Assembly: GCA_021299335.1 (NCBI GenBank)
Contig: JAJTGF010000004.1
Location: forward strand, 5,885-69,884
Length of the DNA stretch: 64,000 nt
Reading direction: 5' to 3'
Origin: Cryomorphaceae bacterium
Lineage (GTDB): Bacteria > Bacteroidota > Bacteroidia > Flavobacteriales_D > Crocinitomicaceae
A program made the position numbers and the translations under genes. Of this stretch, positions 56,946-64,000 are shown one piece after another. The notes under the pieces were generated by a model that made no database searches, had not been told where the DNA came from, and saw only the letters and a program-made list of their open reading frames with translations. Position 1 is the stretch's first letter. Every line of letters starts with the position of its first letter.

Positions 56946-57893
56946 TTAGTTAAATTGCTTCCAACCTTGAGCGCGCAGGGTAACTGCCGAACCCGATTTG
57001 TCAATATAGTAAGTGCCGTCTGCGGAATTAGTGATGTGACCAATGATCGTAAAATTAGGATTGGATTGGATCAGCGCGACGTCTTTTTGATCTATCGTAA
57101 ATAACAATTCGTAGTCTTCGCCACCATTTAGGGCACACATGCTCGGATCGAGATTGAAGTCCATGGCAACCATAGCGGTTTTGGCGTCAATCGGGATTTT
57201 CTCATCGTAGACATGGCAACCCACTTTGCTGGCTTTACACAGATGCAAAACCTCACTTGCCAAACCATCCGAAATATCAATCATGGAAGTAGGCTGAACA
57301 CCTAATTCTGTCAGAAAACCAATGACATCTACCCTCGCCTGTGGCTTGAGCTGACGCTGCAAAATATAGTCGTGACCATCTAGATCCGGCTGAATATTCG
57401 GATTGGCTTTGAACACTTCTTTTTCGCGTTCCAAGACCTGCAGGCCCATGTAAGCACCCCCGAGATCTCCGGAAACCACCAATAAATCATATTCTTTGGC
57501 CCCCGACCGCAAACAAACAGCAGCTTGTGGAGCTACTCCGATAGCGGTGATGCTGATCACGAGGCCGCTTTGGGATGAAGTGGTGTCGCCACCGACTAAA
57601 TCAACGTTGTAATCTTTGCAGGCAGCTTTGATGCCGGCATATAATTCTTCTAAAGCTTCGACAGAAAAACGATTAGACACCGCCAATCCAACAGTGATTT
57701 GCATGGGAGTGGCATTCATAGCGCATATATCCGAAACATTCACAGAAACTGCCTTGTATCCAAGATGTTTGAGGGGCATGTAGGTGAGGTCAAAATGATG
57801 GATGTTTGTTCTGAAGATCTTGGGTGAGGAGGTCGATGAGTCCGAATTCTCCGAGGTCAGCTAGTTCGGTGCGTTTGTCTGTCATGGTTGCGT
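56946..57893 (-). pseudogene. thiL: Thiamine-monophosphate kinase gene with an apparent internal deletion and frameshift near the 5' end
   Basis: A 31-codon ORF from the ATG at 57893 (MTDKRTELADLGEFGLIDLLTQDLQNKHPSF*) matches a ThiL N-terminus. The main ORF 56946..57779 starts within the conserved HFDLTYMPLKHLGYKA motif, in a different frame. The expected G.GDDAAV...TTD.LVEGV block between them is absent. Confidence 0.6.
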
Positions 57894-57916
57894 TTTTTTT
57901 GCAAAGTTAATGCAAA

Positions 57917-57947
57917 TAAAAAAAGCCTCCGAAATCGGAGGCTTTTG
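57917..57947 (-). terminator. Rho-independent terminator following tRNA-Gln
   Basis: GCCTCCG-aaat-CGGAGGC stem-loop. On the minus strand it is followed by a T-run (plus-strand aaaaaaa at 57917-57924). Confidence 0.7.
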
Positions 57948-58020
57948 TTGGCCCACTAGGGCTCGAACCTAGACTCTTCTGAACCAAAATCAGACGTGTT
58001 GCCAGTTACACCATGGGCCA
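57948..58020 (-). tRNA. tRNA-Gln (anticodon UUG)
   Basis: The minus strand reads TGGCCCA-TG-GTGT-AACTGGCA-ACAC-G-TCTGA-TTTTGGT-TCAGA-AGAGT-CTAGG-TTCGAGC-CCTAG-TGGGCCA-A. This folds as a cloverleaf with 7-bp acceptor, 4-bp D, 5-bp anticodon and 5-bp T stems. The anticodon loop is TT-TTG-GT. Confidence 0.9.
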
Positions 58021-58149
58021 ATAAAAACGCATCTTTCAATGCGAGTGCAAATTTAATAAGTTTTTTCTACTCGGCAAATAGCTCAAGAAAAAATTTTTAG
58101 CACGATTATTCTTAAATTCGCAACTACTTATTTATTATAAATTGAGCTC

Positions 58150-61100
58150 ATGACTTACTCAAAATGGAACTCTTACCTTGGTTGGCTAATTTTTGCAATC
58201 TCCTCGGCTGTTTACCTCATGACCATCGAATCTACCGCAAGTCTCTGGGACTGTGGCGAATACATCACTGCAGCCTACAAGCTAGAAGTGGGCCACCCGC
58301 CGGGCGCACCATTGTTTATGGTCTTGGGGCGTTTGTTCTCCTTTTTTGCTGCACCTGAAAATGTAGCAGTTTATATCAATGCGCTCTCTGCTATTTCGAG
58401 CTCCCTGACCATCCTTTTTATGTTTTGGTCGCTCACGCTTTTCATTAAAAAAATCGTACTCAAGCAAGGAGATGAACTCACCGGAGCCAATCAAATTGCC
58501 ATTTTTGGCGCTGCAGCGATAGGTTCTTTAGCCTATACCTTCTCTGATTCTTTTTGGTTTTCTGCCGTAGAAGGCGAGGTTTATGCCATGGCTTCACTTT
58601 TTACCGCCGTGATCTTCTGGGCCATTCTAAAATGGGACGAAGAAATGGAAGCGATTCAGCATGGGTCCAAATTATCTGAATTGCGCCCCAATCGCTGGTT
58701 ATTGCTCATTTTCTTTATGTTAGGGCTCGCTATCGGTGTTCACTTACTCGGTATCTTGGTAGTGCCTGCAATCGGCTACATGATCTACTTCAGAACCCAA
58801 GAAGAAGTCAGCATCAAAGGCCTTATTCTTACGGGCATCATCTCAATCGTAGCGCTTGGCTTTATCCAAGAAGCGGTTATTCCGGGCAGTATTGCGATGG
58901 CGTCAAACTTTGAAGTTTCGTTTGTCAATAGCCTTGGTTTGCCATTCTATAGCGGTACCATCTTCTTTTTTATTGCCCTCATCGCAGCTTGTCTTTACGT
59001 CGTTCGATACGCACACCGCGCGGGCAAAACCATTCTCTACAACGCCATGATGGGCTTGGTCATGTTGCTCATTGGCTACGGTTCTTTTGCAGTCATCGTG
59101 ATCCGCTCTAACGCCAATACACCACTCGACGAAAACGACCCGGAAAACTTAGTGACCTTACATTCATACCTGAAGCGCGAGCAATACGGATCGGCACCTA
59201 TCCTCTTCGGGCCCTACTGGAATTCATTCCGCAACGGCGAAGAAATGACCGAAGATGGTCCAAAAATACTAGATCGCTCTTCTTGGAAAGACCTATCCGC
59301 TTATTATTTGCGTCGTTTCGTCGTGCTTGAAAACGACGTTGAAATCAAAGCTTTTGCGAGCGAAGCAGATGCAGAGGCCTGGGTAAGAGCGAATAAAGGC
59401 GCCTACAGTATTGAAGAGAAGTATTATGAAAGCAACGCGAGCATTCGCGAGGGAGCTGTTGCTACTTATGCACAAACAACCATTTTCCCGCGTATGTACA
59501 ACAGCGACGGCTCTGGTGCAAGTTTGCATAGACAGCTTTACGCTAAATGGTCTGGCTATGACGAAAACGACGGCTCGAGCACTGAAATAGGCCGCGACGG
59601 CAAACGCTTGCCTACTTTTGGCGAAAACCTCACCTATTTTTTCCGTTATCAAGTCAACTGGATGTATTTGCGCTACTTTATGTGGAACTTCGCAGGTCGC
59701 CAGAACGATATTCAAGGCCACGGTGACAACATGCACGGCAACTGGCTTTCCGGTATCTCTTTGCTCGACGAAGCCCGCTTAGGCAGCCAAGAACACGCGC
59801 CTTTTTACACCAAAGAAAATCCGAGTCGCAACACCTACTTCATGTTGCCACTCCTTCTTGCGCTTATTGGACTTATTTTCCATTACCGAAAAATGCCCAA
59901 AGACGCCTTCATTTTAACATTGGCCTTTTTGTTCACCGGACTCGCAATTGTAGTCTACCTCAATCAAAAACCTTACGAACCCCGCGAACGCGATTACGCT
60001 TACGCTGGTTCGTTTTACTTTTTTGCCATGTGGATAGGAATCGGTGTATTTGCCGTATTTGACGTCCTCAAAAAATACCTACAAGACGCCAAAATCCGCG
60101 CTGCAATTGCCACATCTTTGGGCCTCATCGTACCAGTACTCATGGGGGTCCAAAACTGGGATGATCACGACCGCAGCGGCAAAACAAGTGCCCGCGACCT
60201 CGCCCACAATTACCTAGAATCTTGTGGCAAAAATGGCATCTTATTTACCAACGGCGACAACGACACCTTCCCGCTCTGGTATTTACAAGAAGTAGAAGGC
60301 AAGCGCACCGACGTGCGGGTTTGCAACCTCTCCCTCATGGGCACGGACTGGTACACCAACCAAATGAAACTCAAAACTTATCAGTCAGACGCCCTGCCGA
60401 TCAAGTTTAGAGAAGATCAAATTCTCATGTATGCCGGGAATACTGATCAGGTTTATTTCATGCCATTGCTACAGCTGTTCTCTCAAAATTTATCGGATAC
60501 CATCATCAAGAAAGTACTTGACCTCCGCTTGAAGCACAATCCTACAGAAGCAAAAATGGCTGCTGGCTATTTTGATCAACGCGCCCAGGTGATTTTTGCC
60601 GATGTCGTTGCCAAAACGCCAGAGGCCGAAATCCTAAAGGCACAAATTGCACGCACAGATTCTACCAACATGATTGCCGCAACCATCGACAAATACCAAA
60701 AAGTTTTCCAACTCTTTGAAGCAGCGAGAAATGCACAAGTTGAATTCAAAAACAATAGCGCCAAAGACCTACAGGACTTACTCGATCAATTTGAGCGCAT
60801 TTGGTCTGCCGTTGACTTCACAGACGCAATGGCTTTTGTTCGCGACGATGCCAACATGATTACCGACGAACAAAACAAATTTAGTTTCTTCCCTTCAACC
60901 AAATTTGCGCTGAAGGTCAATCGTCAAAATGCCATTTCCTCTGGTGTGCTCAGCTCCAAAACAAAAGCGAGCAACGTTGCCGATGAAATTGTATTTGAAT
61001 TTGACCCAGAACGCAATCAAGCTCTCCCACGCGATGAAGTCATGATGATGGATGTCGTGGCCAACAACGACTGGAAAAGAGGGATTTATTTCTCCAGTAA

Positions 61101-62049
61101 TCGCGGATCTTCTTTCTCTATTGCACTTTTAAGTGGAGGTTACATCAAGCAAGTTGGGATGGCATATGCCCTCACCCCAGCAAAACAAGAGCCGGCGCTC
61201 ATGGATGTCAATCAAATGGAGAAGAACATGCTCGAGACTTACATTTTTGGCGACATGGCCAATCCGAATGTGCTCACCGACTACTATGCACGCCGACACA
61301 CCGTACAATACCGCGCCAATTTCTTGCTACTTGCAGAACAACTCTATGCGCTTGGTCGCAAAAATGAAGCCATCAAAGTACTCGACCGCGCCATGCAAAT
61401 CATGCCTGAAGAAACCGTCATGGATTACGGCGACATCAACCCTGTAGACCCTTTCAATTCATTGAACCTGAACAAGGCGCACAACCAATTTATGTATCAA
61501 GGTCAAGACATCAGGCCGCTCAATTCAGGAATTCTTCACGAATACGTCCAGCTTTATTCTTTGCTCGGTCAAACTAAAAAAGCTGCTGCTTTGGGCCAAA
61601 AAATACTCGATAATTACAATAGCATCATCGCCTACTTTGAACACAGCGATGTCGAAATAGCAGGTAACGAAGACAACGCCGAAGACCTCATTGCAGTTGC
61701 AGATGCCTTACTCAAAATGCGCACAACCTTTAAAGAAAACAAAATCAGTGGTTCTGCATTTGAGCGCTCGCTTGAAAAGTCTGTTCAAACGCTATACAAA
61801 AAAGTGCTTCCACGCATTTACAGTGGTTTGGAAGTGTTGGCAACAGAAAATGGCGAGGCCGGAGATGGCTTGTATACCAATCGTTTGGGCAATCTTCAGA
61901 CTTATATGGGCGCATTAGCTGAACATCACGGCCTGATCAAAGCCCCTGTTGTGAACCGCGCGCCCGCACCTGTTCAACCATCGAATATCGATGTCAATTC
62001 CCTTACTACGCCAGGGCAAGGCTCAGACACGAATCGGATGATGCAATAA
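58150..62049 (+). CDS. Large DUF2723-type (TMEM260/GT-C-like) membrane protein with a long C-terminal soluble region
   Basis: 1299 aa. The N-terminal motif is SLWDCGEYITAAYKLEVGHPPGAPLF..LGRLF, with about 10 or more TM segments in two blocks and a TPR-like C-terminal tail. The family call is from memory. Confidence 0.6.
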   Translation: MTYSKWNSYLGWLIFAISSAVYLMTIESTASLWDCGEYITAAYKLEVGHPPGAPLFMVLGRLFSFFAAPENVAVYINALSAISSSLTILFMFWSLTLFIKKIVLKQGDELTGANQIAIFGAAAIGSLAYTFSDSFWFSAVEGEVYAMASLFTAVIFWAILKWDEEMEAIQHGSKLSELRPNRWLLLIFFMLGLAIGVHLLGILVVPAIGYMIYFRTQEEVSIKGLILTGIISIVALGFIQEAVIPGSIAMASNFEVSFVNSLGLPFYSGTIFFFIALIAACLYVVRYAHRAGKTILYNAMMGLVMLLIGYGSFAVIVIRSNANTPLDENDPENLVTLHSYLKREQYGSAPILFGPYWNSFRNGEEMTEDGPKILDRSSWKDLSAYYLRRFVVLENDVEIKAFASEADAEAWVRANKGAYSIEEKYYESNASIREGAVATYAQTTIFPRMYNSDGSGASLHRQLYAKWSGYDENDGSSTEIGRDGKRLPTFGENLTYFFRYQVNWMYLRYFMWNFAGRQNDIQGHGDNMHGNWLSGISLLDEARLGSQEHAPFYTKENPSRNTYFMLPLLLALIGLIFHYRKMPKDAFILTLAFLFTGLAIVVYLNQKPYEPRERDYAYAGSFYFFAMWIGIGVFAVFDVLKKYLQDAKIRAAIATSLGLIVPVLMGVQNWDDHDRSGKTSARDLAHNYLESCGKNGILFTNGDNDTFPLWYLQEVEGKRTDVRVCNLSLMGTDWYTNQMKLKTYQSDALPIKFREDQILMYAGNTDQVYFMPLLQLFSQNLSDTIIKKVLDLRLKHNPTEAKMAAGYFDQRAQVIFADVVAKTPEAEILKAQIARTDSTNMIAATIDKYQKVFQLFEAARNAQVEFKNNSAKDLQDLLDQFERIWSAVDFTDAMAFVRDDANMITDEQNKFSFFPSTKFALKVNRQNAISSGVLSSKTKASNVADEIVFEFDPERNQALPRDEVMMMDVVANNDWKRGIYFSSNRGSSFSIALLSGGYIKQVGMAYALTPAKQEPALMDVNQMEKNMLETYIFGDMANPNVLTDYYARRHTVQYRANFLLLAEQLYALGRKNEAIKVLDRAMQIMPEETVMDYGDINPVDPFNSLNLNKAHNQFMYQGQDIRPLNSGILHEYVQLYSLLGQTKKAAALGQKILDNYNSIIAYFEHSDVEIAGNEDNAEDLIAVADALLKMRTTFKENKISGSAFERSLEKSVQTLYKKVLPRIYSGLEVLATENGEAGDGLYTNRLGNLQTYMGALAEHHGLIKAPVVNRAPAPVQPSNIDVNSLTTPGQGSDTNRMMQ

Positions 62050-62056
62050 AACGAAG

Positions 62057-64000
62057 ATGCGCTATTTTTTCCAACACCTGATTGAAGCATTTCATTTGCC
62101 ACTGAAGAATCCGGTGTTGGTTTTTTCTATTCTACTTTTTATCATTCTTCTCTCTCCAATTCTCCTCAGGAAATTAAAAATCCCAGGAATTATTGGTCTG
62201 ATTCTTTCCGGTGTATTAATTGGCCCTAACGGACTAGGTTTAATTGGGGCGCGTACAATGGAAGCCGAAGGAAGCATCAAACTCTTTGCGACCATTGGCT
62301 TACTCTACATTATGTTTATGGCTGGTCTTGAGCTCGATTTACGGCAATTCAAGCGATATTTTCACAAAAGCCTCGGGTTTGGTGTACTCACTTTTATCAT
62401 TCCATTGGCACTTGGTTATCCGCTTTGTACGGAAATATTGCACCTTTCTCCGCTTGCAGCATTGCTTACCGCCAGTATGTTCTCTACGCATACACTTGTG
62501 GCATATCCAATTGTGAGCAAATTTGGCCTGACCAAACACCCCGCAGTTGCCATAACCGTTGGCGGAACTATTCTTACCGATACGGCCGTACTCATCATAC
62601 TGGCCATCATCTCCAGTGCCACTAAAGGGCAATTGGACTTTAGTTTTTGGATGCGTTTACTGACATCGCTCCTCATGTTTTCATTGATCATGTTTTTTGT
62701 GATTCCTAGAATTGCAAGGTGGTTCTTCAGTAAACTCGATAGCGAAAAAACATCCCAATATATTTTCGTTTTATCGGTTGTGTTCTTTGCGGCCTTCTTG
62801 GCAGAGGTAGCAGGTGTGGAGCACATCATTGGGGCCTTTGTTGCAGGCTTAGTGCTCAACAAACTCATTCCGCATCACTCTACCCTGATGAATCGCATTG
62901 ACTTCATTGGCAACTCGTTGTTTATCCCCTTCTTTTTGATTTTCGTGGGAATGGTTGTTGATTACCGCGCTTTTTTTCAAGGTTCATGGCCACTCATTAT
63001 TGCAGGCATCTTGACATCATTTGCCATCTTTTCAAAATGGCTCGCTGCGCTCGTTACGCAACTCATCTTTAAACTCAGTAAAAATGAGCGACAAATGATC
63101 TTTGGTCTGAGCACTGCACACGCAGCGGCTACGTTGGCTATTATTATGGTTGGGTACAATGACGGCGACGGTATCTTGAGTTTAAATATTGTCAACGGTA
63201 CCGTTTTACTCATTCTCTTCACGAGCATGACCTCCTCTTTTGTCACAGAAAATACCGGTAAACGCCTCCTACTCGACTTATCCGAAAATAGCGACCTAGA
63301 AGACAACGAAATGCGCTTGCGCAACAAACACTTAATGGTTTCGATGAATGAACTGAATGGCAATGAACGCTTACTTGACTTTGCGCTAATGGTATCTGAT
63401 CCCCAAGTCATCAATCCAATTTCAGTAGTAAGTGTCTATCCCGATAACGAGCATGCAGAACGCATGATCCGTAAATCCAGAAAATCTTTGGAGGATATCA
63501 TCAAGCACTATTCTGGTCATGAATCCAAATTAAATACCATTGCCACCATTGACCACAATTTATCTTCTGGCATTGCACGTGTCTCCAAAGAATTGGTGGC
63601 CGATATCGTATTGGTCAACGACTCCTCTAACACCAATATCATTAAGCGAATGGTCGGCGATGACCGCGAGCACCTGATGTCCACTTGTGAAAAAACCATT
63701 TTTTTCTGCTCACTCAACCAACCGAGTGTTTCATATGAACGCATCGTCGTAGTGGCGCCGCTTTTAGCTGAACTCGAGCAAACCTTTGTACTTTGGTCTG
63801 AGCGCTTACTAAGGCTCTGTAAAGAACTCAAAATTCCCATGCACTATTACGGGAGCAGCTCCTCTTTTGAGCGTATAGAAAAAGTAGCACAGGCTAACAG
63901 GGTTGAGGCCGAAATTTACCTTCATGAAATAGCAAGTCTCGACAACTTTTATCCGACTTATCAAAAGAAAAATAGCGACCTCATTTCTGTAGTTGCATGC
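62057..64000 (+). CDS. Cation:proton antiporter (CPA-type Na+/H+ or K+/H+ exchanger) with a C-terminal cytoplasmic domain; runs off the right edge
   Basis: Absent from the ORF track because it is open at the edge. My translation from the ATG at 62057 (MRYFFQHLIEAF...LRKLKIPGIIGLILSGVLIGPNGLG...GLELDL...) is continuous to 64000. It has about 12 TM segments followed by a USP-like soluble region. Confidence 0.75.
   Translation, partial: MRYFFQHLIEAFHLPLKNPVLVFSILLFIILLSPILLRKLKIPGIIGLILSGVLIGPNGLGLIGARTMEAEGSIKLFATIGLLYIMFMAGLELDLRQFKRYFHKSLGFGVLTFIIPLALGYPLCTEILHLSPLAALLTASMFSTHTLVAYPIVSKFGLTKHPAVAITVGGTILTDTAVLIILAIISSATKGQLDFSFWMRLLTSLLMFSLIMFFVIPRIARWFFSKLDSEKTSQYIFVLSVVFFAAFLAEVAGVEHIIGAFVAGLVLNKLIPHHSTLMNRIDFIGNSLFIPFFLIFVGMVVDYRAFFQGSWPLIIAGILTSFAIFSKWLAALVTQLIFKLSKNERQMIFGLSTAHAAATLAIIMVGYNDGDGILSLNIVNGTVLLILFTSMTSSFVTENTGKRLLLDLSENSDLEDNEMRLRNKHLMVSMNELNGNERLLDFALMVSDPQVINPISVVSVYPDNEHAERMIRKSRKSLEDIIKHYSGHESKLNTIATIDHNLSSGIARVSKELVADIVLVNDSSNTNIIKRMVGDDREHLMSTCEKTIFFCSLNQPSVSYERIVVVAPLLAELEQTFVLWSERLLRLCKELKIPMHYYGSSSSFERIEKVAQANRVEAEIYLHEIASLDNFYPTYQKKNSDLISVVAC

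Noticed and set aside
57900-58149. tRNA-Gln as an integration hotspot or genomic island boundary
   Set aside because: There is no integrase, no direct repeat of the tRNA 3' end and no mobile-element gene within the window on either side. The flanking genes look chromosomal.
62092-63840. Series of minus-strand ORFs (62092..62295, 62339..62632, 62416..62868, 62977..63414, 63517..63840)
   Set aside because: All are antisense to a continuous plus-strand antiporter reading frame with clear TM periodicity, which the track omits only because it is open at the window edge.

Overview
Gene-dense, mostly core chromosomal window from a Bacteroidota genome. The evidence for that phylum is T9SS components (PorP/SprF, a PorW/SprE-like lipoprotein, a type-B C-terminal sorting domain), an alternative complex III (actABCDEF) plus aa3-type cytochrome oxidase cluster, TAnnTTTG -7 promoter boxes and a fused murF-alr gene. 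About 50 protein genes and one tRNA-Gln(UUG) are supported. Recognisable housekeeping genes are mfd (open at the left edge), fbp, tdk, leuS, gatA, tatA, infB-nusA-rimP, engB and a yebC-like gene. A cation:proton antiporter is open at the right edge. I found no rRNA, CRISPR array, transposase, integrase or phage genes, and no recognisable defence system. The least explained region is 12.8-20.2 kb. It holds two diverged paralogues of an unnamed secreted barrel-like protein, one directly upstream of an HTH regulator and the other directly upstream of a sensor-less membrane-anchored adenylate cyclase fused to an HD domain. A third secreted protein and a lipoprotein/barrel pair lie in the same region. 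Other points worth a second look:
- a large CotH/lamin-tail/TSP3 T9SS cargo protein with its own PorP/SprF partner
- a PorW-like/bactofilin/AtpZ/small-membrane-protein operon with no atp genes after it
- a B12-type MerR regulator
- two apparently broken genes: a GT9 heptosyltransferase frameshifted at a homopolymer, and thiL missing an internal segment
- several promoter boxes that abut start codons, suggesting leaderless mRNAs
All functional calls come from reading the translations by eye. No database search was run.
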